From Takakia lepidozioides (Eukaryota; Plantae; Bryophyta), in contig CM060731.1 in assembly GCA_030704615.1 (NCBI GenBank), positions 46,500,001 through 46,564,000 of the forward strand: 64,000 bases of DNA. Direction: 5' to 3'. The notes below the pieces were generated by a model, which saw only the letters and a list, made by a program, of their open reading frames with translations, was not told where the DNA came from and did not search any database. Positions 1 through 13,344 of the stretch are shown here, one piece after another; within the stretch, counting starts at the first letter, position 1; every line of letters starts with the position of its first letter. Position numbers and translations under genes: made by a program.

Positions 1-1415
1 TTGCCCAGCAGATCTCTTGGCCGCCCTTTTTGAACGAACGTAAAACGGTCTTTTTTATTTTATTTTTGCAACAGGGGGCAGTCTCGGTGGCCCTGGAGAT
101 TTTATTGAAAAAGGCAAAACAGTACAGCGGGTACAAAAAAACAATTATTTTATTTTTTTCTATTAAAAAAACCTGAGATCGGGCGGGTTTTTTTTTTTTT
201 TTTGGCGGTTGTAGTTAAGTTGAAGAAAGGCGCAAGGACCGTCAAGCAAAAAATATCCTGGGATTTTTTTACTTTTGTTTTCTTTTCTTTTTCCTTAACA
301 GGGGGAAATTTGAACTCGAAAGAACAGGTTGCACTCTCTGATTTACTTTTATTCTTTAAGTTTTCTAATTTTATTTGCAAAAAAGACGGCCTGGCAAAAA
401 CCTTATGATGTAACTCATTTTCTAGACTTATAGTCTAATAGATACTAGAAAATACACTCAGTGACGTTGGAGCAATACATCCTTTCTATCTTATAAATTT
501 GAAGAATGGAAAAGATAATACGCTGATATATCAGACATACAATTTTTTGAGGAATGTGAACTTACATCATTGAGAATTGAAGAGAAAATCACATAGGCAT
601 CTAGCTACACCATCATTGATATTGTAATGGTGTACTTGTTAGGAAGACTAGTATATAAAACAGCATCAATGCGTATTCTTTAATTTCAAGGGTCTGGCTG
701 TTTTGAACCGGATATGGGGTATGGTGTTGATGTATGTAATCACATGCTTTGTGGGCTCGTTTTGTGATGATGTAGATCGAATAGTTATGTTTGCATTTTC
801 TCTTCGGCTACAGCATGCACGTAGTTAGATTTTCACTTTGATCATTTGTTATGGGAAACACCAGAAGCTAGGGTTGGTCTGTTGGTGGCATTAATTTAGG
901 AGTATATCCAACAGGGATGACGAGCTTTTACTTTTCACACTACATATGATGTAAGAATTAGAGATTCCAAATAATATGAAGTCCAAAATATTGTGTTGAA
1001 TTTAGACCATATACCACTTTATTCATCATTTGATGATCTTATGCTTAAAGTTTCCTGTTCCGAATGTATTCCATGTAAAATGTTGGTTGATAGTACCGAC
1101 ATTGGTACTTTTGACCACTTTCTTGTCAAAAGTGAGATCAAAAAGCTCGATGTATATAAGAACTTAGGTGCATGTCCAATGATTGAATAATCAGCAATAC
1201 AAATTTACAATGATCATTTTTAAACCCACTTTTAAACATGTTGCCACAATGCTAATAAAGACATTTCAGTTTTCATTAGAAACAACTCGTGTCAAAGAAA
1301 CAATCATTTGGAACAAAATTGTAATGTTATATATGAATAAAAAGTTTAAACAAGGATTATGTTGTTTGATACAGAAACCACAACATAATCCATGATATGC
1401 CTGCATTTATTCTAA

Positions 1416-1439
1416 TCAATATATGAAGGGAGACGTTTG

Positions 1440-1471
<32 letters not shown>

Positions 1472-3745
1472 GTGTCGTTAAGATCTCCCAAACCGCGCCC
1501 CAGCAGGAGTGCTTGGTGTGGTTGGAAAGCCATCAATGAGGAGGGGTGCACCGGCTTGGTCTCATGATTTTTGGACCAGCAGTGAGGGAGATGTGGAATT
1601 CCAAGTACTTTTGGTCGCTCAAAATTCACAAAAAAAAGTAAAAATAGCAAAGTGGGCATTCCTTGGGACAATGGTTGGAGCCTCGAGGGGAGAGATATCA
1701 AGGGAAAGGTCTCCAGTTCAAATCTGGTTGTAGGCTCTGTGGAAAAAAACATACTTAGATGACATTGGACACTTGGGCCAACGGCTACCCTAGAGGTTGC
1801 GGGCCTGGACATAGGAAACACACTTTGATACATAGGGGACTGTACTTGGACTTAGATGACACTCGACACTTGGGCCAACGGCACAGGCTACCCTAGTCAT
1901 TACATGAAGCAAGACGTTTGTTTTGTTTTGTAGCGTCGTTGAGATCTCCCAAACCGCAGGGCTAAGCTTGGTGCCGTTGGAAAGCCCTCGATCAGGAGGG
2001 GTGCACCGGCTTCGTCTCATGATTTTTGGACCGGCGGTGTGGGAGATGTCGAATTTCAAGTACTTTGGGTCGCTGGAAATTCGCGAAAAATAGCAATGTG
2101 GGCTTTTACTAGAGCAATGATTGGTCCTTCATGTGAGAGATTTGGAATTTCAAGTGCTTTTGGTAGCTGGAAATTCGCGGAAATTAGCAAAGTGCATATA
2201 TCAATAGATAAAGCCTCGACAAGGGAGATTGCAAAAATAGCAAAATGAGCCTTGATATGGAAAAAAATGAATTGGGCCTTGATATGGGAGACGTACTTGG
2301 CTACATAGGAGATTGCACACTGGGCTTAGATCGGCCTCGACATAGGAGACACACATGGGAGATATATCAATACGATAGGATATATTGCTACTCAATAAAT
2401 TCATGGAAACAAAATAAATTGGGCCTTGGGAGACGTACTTGGATACATAGGAGATTGCACTTGGGCTTAGATGATGTTAGACACTTGGGCCTCTACATAG
2501 GAGATGCACTTGGATACACACGAAATTGCACTTGGTCTTAGATTTCAAATCTTCACACAAGGGCCAACGGCATAGACTACTAGAGGTGGCACTTGGTAGG
2601 AGACGCATTGGGATACATAGGAAATTGCATTTGGTCTTAGATTTCCATTGTTCACACATGGGCCAACTTGGGCCCATGTGTGAAAATCTTACACTTGGGC
2701 TTGGACACTTGGGCCAATGGCACAGGCTACCTTAGAGATCGCACTTGGGCCTCGACATAGGAGACATAGGAGACGCACTTGGATACATAGGAGATTAGAC
2801 TTGGGCTTAGATGATACTGGCCTCTACACGGGAGATGCACTTGGATACATAGAAGATTGCACTTGGGCTTAGATGGGCCTCGACATAGGAGACGCACTGG
2901 GATATATAGGAAATTGCACTTGGTTTTAGATTTCAATTCTTCACACATGGGCAAGTTAGATGACACTGGACACTTGGGCCAACGGCCAGGCTACCCTATC
3001 AATATATAAATCAAGACGTTTGTTTTGTTTGTAGCGTTGTTGAGATCTCCCAAACCGCGGAGCCCCAGCGCGGGTGCTTGGTGTCATTGGAAAGCCCTCG
3101 GTGAGGAGGGGTGCACCGGCTTGGTCTCATGATTTATGGACCAACAGTGTGGGAGATCTGGAATTTCAAGTACTTTTGGTCGCTGGAAATTCGAGAAAAA
3201 TAGCAAAGTGGGCTTTCTTGGAGCAGTGATTGGCCCTTCATGTGGGAGATTTGGAATTTCAAGTACTTTTGGTCTCTGGAAATTCCAAGAAAGCCTGTTG
3301 GAATTCTTGGGACAATGGTTGGAGCCTCAACGGGAGAGATATCAAGGGAAAGATCTCCGGTTCAAATCTGGTCGTAGGCTCTCTGGAAAAAAAAAAAAAA
3401 ATGATTAGATATGGGATTGCACTTGGACACTTGGGCCTGTACATGGGAGATGCACTTGGATACATGAATAGAAGATTGCACTTGGGCTTAGATTTCAATT
3501 CTTCACACATGGGCCTTGACATAGGAGACGCTACTTGAATACATAGGGGATTGCACTTGGACCTTAGATTTCAATTCTTAACACTTTGGCCAATGGCGCA
3601 TGCTACAATACGCCTAAATCTCCCAAACATGAGGGTCTCTAGATACATAGGGGATACATAGGGTACAGGCTATCCAAGAGGTTACACTTGGGCTTCGACA
3701 TAGGAGACGCACTGGAATACATAGAAGATCTTACACTTGGACGAA
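1416..3745 (+). mobile_element. Tandem (head-to-tail) array of three non-autonomous Helitron-like units
   Basis: Units start TCAATATATGAAG/TCATTACATGAAG/TCAATATATAAAT at 1416, 1897 and 2999. Each is followed by (TTTTG)n and a shared body (GAGATCTCCCAAACCGC...TTGGAAAGCCCTCG...GGGGTGCACCGGCTT). Units 1 and 2 end GGGCCAACGG(CAC)AGGCTACCCTA(G). 5'-TC and 3'-CTAG termini are Helitron hallmarks. The interior is filled with CACTTGGGC/GATACATAGGAGA minisatellite. Confidence 0.75.
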
Positions 3746-4784
3746 GCATTTGCATTGGCTTGAAGGCGTTGAATCGCGGCGTGATTCACAAGGCGATCAA
3801 CAAGTCTCTCCTCCCTATCGATCCTCAATTGTTGAGCAAGATTCTCCAACTACTCCTTCAGAATGAGACAGCCATAGGACGGAGGTAGAGAAGCGGGGCC
3901 TTGATTGACAGTAGTTTCGGAGACTTGAACTAAGCTCGAAAGGAAGGTCTTGCAAGTTGTGCCATAATACTGTACTTGTTATGACACGCGGCTGAACGAG
4001 CGACCGGGCAGAATGGGATGTTAAGGTTGCATGCGGGGAGGTGGACGAGTGATCAGCCAGAGCGCAATGCTAGGGTGTAAAGCTCTTGCTTTGTCACTTT
4101 GGCAAATACCAATTGACCTTTGTTAATAACTGATTGTCTATTGTTCATGGCTGATTGCTTATTATTCATAGCATCAAGTTATTAATCAATATCAGAGCAT
4201 CTGATCGTACAAGTTGATGTCCACCAAAACATTGAAAAGCACATGAAATAATTTTATACAATGGAGTGTTCAAAGACTTTAATATACTATAGATAATGTA
4301 TTTTCATAAAGAAAAATATAAACATATTTATACATACCATGTATCACTACATTTCAAATATACTAATCAGTGATCAGCTCCTTCTGAGTGCTCCAACATG
4401 CTACCGTAAGCTACAATGCCATTATGGCTGTTATCAAGCTCATTATATGATACTATATTGTAAATCACGGATAACGATAGGTATCCTACACAAACTAATC
4501 AAAAATAGCCCAAGCTATCTCTAATCTAGAAAATTGAACCTCCTACCGCCTTTTTATTTGTAACTAAGACTCTGCTGAGATCTACACTGGGTCCTGGTAT
4601 TGAAATATATTTTATATTAATACCAGGCCAGCCAATTCTGTAATATTAGAGTATTCGTAAGTTTTAATATCCATCAGTTCTCAATTATACACAAGATTTT
4701 GGATTTGTCGTCGGTTATCAACCAGTGGTATGCTAAGTATTACAAGTGCCAACACCAGGGGTTCTGGTTCTTACCCTAGTATTG

Positions 4785-5000
4785 CAAAAGTAGATAGGTA
4801 CCAGCCTGTTGGTTCTTTCATAGGTAGATACTAGATACCCTAGTTGATAACCGGCCAGACTGTAAATAACCAGTCAATAACCAGTCCAACAGTTCTTTCA
4901 TATGTAGACACTAGATACCTTGGTTAATAACCGGCCAGACCTTACATAACCAGTCCAACAGTTCATTCATAGGTAGATACTAGATACCTTGGGTTGGTAC
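4785..5000. repeat. Short tandem repeat, about three copies of a ~70-90 bp unit
   Basis: Recurrent CAGTTCTTTCATAGGTAGATACTAGATACC...ATAACCGGCCAGAC...ATAACCAGTCCAACAG. Confidence 0.8.
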
Positions 5001-5842
5001 TACGTGAGCACAAAAAAATTGTGGCATGAGAAGGATCCACGGTTATAGGGGTGATATATATGTCTACGGAAATACATATAATAGATGGAAATAGGGTCTT
5101 TCTGCGTTGATAGGGTCTCCATGGTGTTTAAATGTAATATTAAACATATAGAAGGAGCTTGAAAGGAGAAAACCTTTAAACTATTAATAACTATAATAAC
5201 CATGATGATGCTCACTGTGGCGGCCGAAGTAAAAAATATCCATCAATACAGAAAATCCAACGAATGTAGGTTTTTTTATTCCAATTTTCCTGAGAAGGAG
5301 GTAACATTTTTATTATAAATGTTTTTTAAAAATGTCAACACTTGGAGCAACAGCTCGCAAATCAGACCCATTTTTTTCTTTTTTTAAGACATTACATTGA
5401 GAGGATTCAAACTGACTTCTTTCCAAGTAACCTTCCCTTGGGCGGTGTCCAATGCAAAAGCCTTCACGGCGAGGTTACTGTAGGGTAGAACACCATATGA
5501 CCGTTCATCTAAAGATGGCGGAAGATCTAACGGTGATTTTTTGTCGTTTTTACCCCGGATAAATTGATAAGATGCCCCACATCTGGGGCATCCCAACACA
5601 TTTGGAAGTGCCTGATTTCATGAAATCCACACAAAGTTATGGGGTTTCAAAGTTGAACCAATCCGAATGCTTGTGTGAAGTTTGAGCCCTATGACCACTC
5701 ATATTTCTTGGGGGTTCTATCAAACAACTGTTTGCCAAGTGGCAAAAATGAGTGGCCCATCCATGGTCGCTCATGCAGGCCTGACCCAAGCAATTATGAG
5801 GTGAACGGTCATAGGAACTATAACGGTCATAGGGTGTTTTAC

Positions 5843-5920
5843 CCTAGAAAGAGGTTATTTTCTCCTCTAACTATAACTAAGGGGCCTGATTTATGAGCTG
5901 TCGCTCCCATGTGTTTTAAA
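5843..5920 (-). mobile_element. Helitron/Helentron-like 3' terminus of a dispersed family
   Basis: Minus strand reads GGGAGCGACAGCTCATAAATCAGGCCCCTTAG...AGAGGAGAAAATAACCTCT (two small hairpins). Related copies occur at ~5338-5370 (+), ~11240-11315 (-) and ~57838-57876 (+). Confidence 0.5.
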
Positions 5921-6275
5921 AAAAAAAAAAAAAAAAAAAAAACACCTTGTACGAGCACCAAGCACAAAGGCACAGCCCAGGGGAAAATATAATACCACCA
6001 AAGGAAGGTAGCAGTATTCGAGCCTAGAATCACCTTGGTGGCACACAATGCACTATCCAATTCTCGTTGCACCGTGCCAATATCTAATAGGACTATAGGT
6101 TGCTTCGCACTACTAGTGATGATTTCTGATAATAATGTTCCTTTTGATGAGACACCAGAACGTTTCATTCGAGAGGTGTTATATATTAATATTTTCTTTG
6201 ATAGGAAATATATTTTATGCAAAAAATAAATATAAACAATGTAAGAACTTAATGCAAGGGTGCGATTTGATAATA

Positions 6276-8489
6276 AGGTATCATGCCCTATGACCGTTAG
6301 GACTTCTAAGACCGTCATCTAGGGAATGCGCTCTTTAAATCGTTCTCTAGGTCCATGCATGAGAACCAATCAATGCACGAAAAAATGGGTGTGATGTTAT
6401 TAGTTAAGCGATGAGCAAAAAAAGTTATTCAAACTACTTCGAGAAGGTGCCGTAAAAAGTATCGCACTGCGCCACTATGCTCTAGAGGTGGTCTTAGAGC
6501 AAGCACGACTAGTATCATACCATCCTGTGACATTTTATCTTAAGGGTAGACAGAAATTGTGCAAAGAGCGCGTTGTAACAGGTGCAAAAGTCTCGAATGA
6601 GGATGAATGACATGTAGTTTTTTAGCGTTGCAACAAAGAGAGAGGGATGTGATGAGTAGACCTTGACCATCAAAAGGTGTTTAGGGAACAGTCCAAAATG
6701 TGTTTGTTCTTAGTTATGTGTAAGCTGCAAATGGTCTTCAGTTTACCTCGTAGGGTCAAGAACTTTACAGTCTTTGTTTTGTAGCACTACATAGAAGGTG
6801 ATAGGGTTGGTACCCAATGTTGGTAGACAACTTTGGAGTTATTTTCTGATGTCCCCTGCAACAGCCTACAAGATGATCATTTCATCTAATTCTTTCTCTC
6901 CATGCAAATCTGTGAGCTTAGATGCTGAAAATGATTCTCATGATGAAGAGAACAATGAGGGTTCACATTTTCAATGGGCTCAGTTCCAAAATCCATATCC
7001 TACTCCTCTACTTGACATCACTAATTTGTCTCAGCCATCTTCATACCACCACAAAGGTCTCAATGTTCTTCACAACAGCCAAGAGCTAGAGCAGTCTGTC
7101 CTCCACCCTCAAACAATACTAGAGGTGCAAGGAACAAGGGTACTAGGAGAGGAGGATGGTCAGATCTATGCAAACTTAGAGGCAGCCATAGACACAATCG
7201 ATGATGGAATGCATATTAGTGTTGCTGCCCGCCCATTGGCACATTCCAATAATATCTTTGCGAGACCACTACTATAGGAAAACAACCAGCCGCAAGATTG
7301 GGCTTGCCACAAGAATAAGAGAAGCAATAACTTCAATGGATCTTTGACATGCAATAGCTTAGATATGGGCTCACAATTGCACAACTGAAATTCAAAGTGG
7401 CAGAGATAACTCAAGAGCGACCTACCCCATTCAACAATTGGTGGAGGTGATTCAAGCAACGCCATCCAAATATTACTCTGCGATCAGCATAAGGTCTGGA
7501 AATTAGTAGAGCAAATGCACTTAACCCTAACAATTGCAAAAGTTTATATGACAATCTCAAAAAATTGCATGACAAATACCCTCTATCGGGCCACATTTGG
7601 AATTGTGATGAAACGGGGCTGCAAGCTAGCCGGACCTGTAATGTGAGAGTGTCAGCCAAACGTGGTGTTCATAGTGTGTATAGAATCATACTGAAGGCAA
7701 GAGAATGGATGTCTATCTTGGTATGTGTGAATGCAACTGGACATTCCATCCCCAACTTCTTGATTTGTCTCTAACCTATCTGAATGTCACTTTGAAGGGC
7801 TTGAAACATGCCACATCCAAAGGTTGGAGTGCATGAATCGTATGTGAGGGCAAGGTGAGAAAGACATACTTTGTGATTTGAGAACGGCTTCTTTTCCAAC
7901 ATGAGATCCATGACCATCGAGGATGAGGAGGTGTCGTTGATTTGTGGAAATGCCTCCATCCAGTGCATTTTTTGCAAAATGTGTGAGCCACGCAGTAAAC
8001 AAATACTTGTTTATCCCATCATCGATTACTCTAAATTGCTGATCATGCCTTCGGAAGAATACATGCAAGCCCTTGCGGAGAAGACCAAGAAAAAGGAAGT
8101 GGTGGACAAAGAGCGTGAAAGAAAAAATAAAGAAAATGAAAGCGGAAATCTGCACTTGCAAAAGAAAAAAGACAAAGAAACTTATCCATGAGCCAAAGGT
8201 CAAAGATAAAGCAGCTAAAAGGTCTTTTGATGATTTCTGGTCTGGAAAAAATTGCAGGGCCATCGGTATATATAGAGAGTCCTCTGTAACACGAAACAAT
8301 AAGCACCATATATCAGTTTTTGTAATATTCATATCTTACTCATATCATCTTCAAAAATTATGATGTAACTTGTGGAGTGTGTAGGAGCAGTTTGTCGATA
8401 ACCCTTGATCGATTCTGAGATTGGATTCCATTTTCATGTGACGAAGTGCATACTTGAGTTTTTACCGTCAGTCATAGGGCATGATACCT
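6276..8489 (+). mobile_element. pogo/Tc1-mariner-like DNA transposon with a degenerate DDE_1 transposase
   Basis: Perfect terminal inverted repeat AGGTATCATGCCCTATGAC (6276-6294) / GTCATAGGGCATGATACCT (8471-8489), with TA on both sides. Transposase motifs: IWNCDETG and CVNATG on +; LLILDGHGSH and LPSHTIHALQPLDVACFKPFK on - (inverted block). Multiple stops and frameshifts. Confidence 0.9.
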
Positions 8490-10194
8490 TATTTTCGCTG
8501 GACTGAGGTAGCGTCGGCTCCGTAAGCTTATGTGCTATCGTAATATAATAGGAATTTAAAACTTGCTCACCATAAATCCAATTCTAAGGGTTTCAAAAAT
8601 TGTGTAAACCATTGACTTCTATTTGGTGGTTTTATCTTAATTGTTATTCAAAATTGCTGTAACATTTACATTGAATGTGTGAAGAAATAAAAGAAAGGGA
8701 GAAAAATTTTTTGAGCACATTTGTGCAAGAGAAAAATTCAAAAAATCATTTCTCCCCCCCCCCCCCTCCCCCTATCAGGCAGCTTAAAAAATGACGATGA
8801 TGATGTGGCAATAATAACATGGCAATGATGACCATTTTCATAAACAATTTAAAAAAAAATCTTGGGCAGCTTTTAAAAAAACGACAATGATGTGGCATAT
8901 TGACGACAACCACGTGACGCTAATAATGGGCATGATGATGACACGACGACCATGATGTGTCACTAGGGCACCCTATTCCTACCTGAAGCCAGTAACACCT
9001 AAAATGGGTCATTTAAGAAATGTTTGCAGTTTCAGGTGTGCAACATCGTCGTATATATTTTTCTGATGTGGGCACATAGAAATGAAATTTAATGCAAAAA
9101 GGATAAATAATTTCAGAATTATTTTGTAATATTGGTGAATATTCAATGTGAAATCATGGAATAACCTTGAATGGATCAGTAGGGGGTACTATTTTGAAGA
9201 GCAAGTGCACTATCTCTGGAGCAAAAGGTGCCCAAAAAGTGTGCATCCTCTTTCACTTTACTGATAGTAACATAGACCATGTCAGTCAACTAACATAACC
9301 ATTTATTGTCCTTAAAGTAACATCCCGCCTTAAAGAAAACTGAGCTCAAGGTCCATTTGGATTAAACTCAATCCTGGATCGTTGATTTAGGTGAAACTCA
9401 ATCAGGATCGTTGATCACGGAATGTAATACCTTCTCCTACATGTTAGGATTCATTCTTCCTATCTCGACTCATTCATGACTTGATAATGCTCTCAAAGTG
9501 CGGCGGTGGTTATTAACTTGTCCATTAAGTGGTATCATCATGATCATGTATGAATTAAAAGGGTTAATTGGAGTTCCATTGTGGCCACCACATGACCTAA
9601 TTTGGACCACTTGTGATCAAATCACCTTTTAAAGATGGCATATGGTTAGTTTTATGTATTTTTCTAGGGGTCCGTTTTGGGTACTGCTCCATTTTAGGTG
9701 TTTCTACCTTACACTAAAACTAGGTTCCCACATTTAGTTGTCACTAGAATTACAAAATGGGGTTGATATCATGTCAACATAACGGGATACGGCAAAAAAA
9801 AACAGCTTGCGTGAGCACAATCCGTAGTTGGCCGTACCTTCTTAGGGTTCTTGTTTATCACACCGATACTTCCGATTGGCAAACAAGTAAACTTAATACA
9901 TGTGTGGATGGAATGTTTCATCCATATTTATAAATGAATATTATAAATCATATTGATGAATGAAAACATAGTGATTCATTCGTCCTAGGTAGTTAGCACG
10001 GTCTCCATATGCCGATGGTGGTTACAATGCCAAGTTCCAAAGTATTTCTAGATTTATGATACAAGGCTTTGGATATACCGATTAATGCTTCATGTTAAAT
10101 AAGGTGGAGCTCAGAGTTGGGTGTAGTCCTATGGTTCTCCATGTCCTCTTATTGTCCAAAGTCCCTAAAGCCTGGAAAGATGTACATTGTATGT

Positions 10195-10908
10195 GGGCAT
10201 TTGCACGAATGGGTGGACCAAAAACGGCATATGTTGAGTCGATGAAAGTCCATGGAATTTTATTTTTGAGCCGATTTTGTTAGTTTATTTAAAAAAACAT
10301 ATATAGTAATATATCAAACGTTTTTAGTAAAGAGTCCCCCCCCCCCCAAATATTGAAGATATTATTTACTAGATATTTTAATCTGACATCAAAATTTAGA
10401 GTTTACAACCACTTGTCCAGATACCACCTGATCATTGTAGATTATAGGTTTGTATGCCTTTTGGTAAAAGATGACACCCCAAAAACCCAAACATAAATGC
10501 TATGGACAATTTGTTTTTAAGGTGTAAAATAGGTCCATAGCTCTCAATTCCTAAGGTAACTAGTCCATATAAAAGTGGATTTGGGTTGGTTGTAGAAATG
10601 GCACCCCTACCATGTTTTCCTTTGTGCCATTATATGAGTATAGATGATGTTTTTTAGTCCATAAGATTTGTGTGTAACATATGCAGTCCAAGTAATCAAT
10701 TTAAAAGTCCATAGCTCTTTAGTACATGATTGTCTTAAATGCAATCTAACAGTTGGTACACATACCTATTGTAGTTAGAAACCCTATCACATATAAATTT
10801 AAATGAAATATTGAGTTGTTGGACAAACATGGGCAAAACCATGGAGGGAGGTCACTGCAGAAAGTGCATATTACGCAGTTTTTGGTCCACCCATCTGTGC
10901 ATTTACCC
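10195..10908. mobile_element. Non-autonomous TIR element (MITE-like, ~714 bp)
   Basis: Imperfect ~35-bp inverted ends GGGCATTTGCACGAATGGGTGGACCAAAAACGGC / GCAGTTTTTGGTCCACCCATCTGTGCATTTACCC. ATGT flanks both ends. Confidence 0.7.
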
Positions 10909-13233
10909 ATGTCTCATTTCAAACATATATTCCATCATCCGGATATCAACCTCATAAAAACATCATTGATAGTGTTTCCTTAATATCCTCCTTGTACAAA
11001 CAAATTCATATGTATGCCAAAATGGCATAATATATGTCATATATGCCATTATATATATGAAAATGGTTTGAGCATTTTGTGAAACATTTTGTACTCTGGG
11101 ATGTCCTAACCGTGATATCACACCAACACTGGTCAATTTCCGACGTAAAATTAATAAACAGACTGCATTGAGTGCCACCTAAGTGATTCTAAGGTCCCAT
11201 GAGCTTTGTGCTTTGCACCTCATGACAAACTAGTTACTATGAAAGAGGTTATTTTCTCCTCTTAATATAATTATTAATTAAGAAGTCTGATTTCTGATTG
11301 CTCCCAGGTGTTTCCTATTGTGAAGACTTTGAAAAAATCATGTTAGTTAGTATTCTATGATTTTCTTAAAGAATGTAAATCTTTCTTAGAGCATTTTATA
11401 TTTCGGACACCTCGTAAATTTCTCTAAGCACACTTAGTTTAAGTTCCTTCGGATGTGTGACAAATTTTCATTTGACAACGTTCAACTAATGGCCAATGGC
11501 TGATGATTGATAGCAAGACCCTTGAGAATGTAAACCCCAACATTATGTGCATCTAAGACTGCAACCGGACATGAGCCGGACATTAACAAATGTGCATACT
11601 ATAAATTGATTGCCTCAAAAGAAATGTATACGGTCATTGTGCAGATGGACAAGACATTCTAACCATATGGATCTGCAATTGATTTCTTCAACAATGTGCT
11701 CACATTGCACTAGAACCTTATAAAATTTTAGAAGAAACTCAACCATGCAGCATGGATTAAGCAAATTTCGGCGCACCAAAAATATAATTATTTTGCAATG
11801 GATGATGAAAAACGTAAATATAAAATATTTGTTTCAAGAATTGAAGGAAAAATACCTTGAAGCCCTGAGGTAGTGTATTGAAGCAATAGGGCATGCTACA
11901 GGGCATTGACAAGAGGATTTCAAAAATTCAAATAAGTACATGGATCAGATAGACCCTTCATTGTCTAGCTCAATTCACTGTGTAAGATGAATAATATTCA
12001 AAACTATTTGTGAAATCTTCAAGTCAGACAATCAACATGAAGTAAATGAATTTAAAATATGGATTGCACCAAAGATGGTGCAATGGTGCTTTTCATTTCT
12101 CATTGTGCATAACATTTCTCTTGCTCGGGAAGGATCTCTCAACATTCTCGAGCAGCCTAGCCTCTCGGTAGCTTACCACTTTGAGGAGTAGGTTATTAAA
12201 TGCCCTTACCCCTTTTTCACTATGGTGTGTAAACTGCATCTAGACCTTTTTGAGTTTGGAGGCCATAGGGGAAGAAGAAGGTCATGGAATGCACATGAAG
12301 CCTAATGTGTTGGAGGTCCATCATTGGTTGGTGTTGGGGGAACTAATTTTGCGTGAACTTTTACTTGGAGTCAGGCTTATTATAATCACATGTGTCAGAA
12401 TTTAATTGTGCTTAGTCCGACATTGTCCATAAGGTGCTATATAGGTTGATGAGATGTCACTCATTCAAATTTGAAGCACAAATTGTGTGTCTACTTTCGA
12501 ACAACACACATGTCAACTCCATTCCATATGTAAAAAAACCCTCTTCAGAACCCACGACAATATTAGTGGGCAAGCGACTGATCTCTTCATATCCTGATAC
12601 CTTGTATGCTCTGAGTTACAAACATAAAATTTTTTAAAAGATGAAGTATTTTGTAGATTGTACATTCCGCGCAATATGAAGCAAATCCCATATATGGAGA
12701 TGGAACTAAAAAACTTGTCCATCAGTAGCACAATTGCAGATATAGTATCTATTAGTTGTTGAGGGTGAGATTTATGTCAATAGGGCTTCGAATTTTTCTC
12801 AAAGAAAAATGGTGGGATGGCCCAGGCCTTGTAATTCGTATTAATGCGAAACAAGTTTTTAAAAAAAAACCGTGCTTGCTTGAAGGCCATGACAGAAGTT
12901 TATTGGGGACTGACCACATTGGGTAGGCTCTAGAGCAGACAACATAGAAATCATACAAGGCTCGCTCAAAATCATTTTCACTGTTGGTCATGTGCCTTGA
13001 TGTCTTCCCAGCAACAGCAGCCCAAATTGACCATCCCCACCATCACATATAGATATAGTCTTATTGGTCAACCCCGTAAAGAACCTCACCATTTTTTAGT
13101 GTGTAGTTTTAGTACGCTTACATGGACAAATCTTGGAGGAGTACATTATACCCAAAAAAATAAGTACATTCCCCAATATAATGTACTCCCCCATTATTTT
13201 AGAAAGAAAAAAGATGTATTCATTTCTTTACGC

Positions 13234-13344
13234 AGGGTAAAGCCTCAGCCCTCTGCCATTCCCTGGTCCTAAGCCCTAGGTCTCGGGCTGCGCCCTTGAC
13301 CTAGCCTCGAACCAGGTAATGGCCTCATGCTGAGGCTTTACCCT
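13234..13344. repeat. 111-bp foldback palindrome (micro-MITE or hairpin)
   Basis: AGGGTAAAGCCTCAGC...GCTGAGGCTTTACCCT is a 16-bp perfect inverted repeat. Inner arms GCCATT/AATGGC, CCTGGT/ACCAGG, CTAGGTC/GACCTAG and GGGC/GCCC also pair. Confidence 0.8.

Noticed and set aside
900-1400. Cys-containing ORF remnants (993-1395)
   Set aside because: Probably decayed TE coding sequence, but no family could be recognised.
11450-12120. Coding-like degenerate stretch
   Set aside because: Many stops and no recognisable motif.
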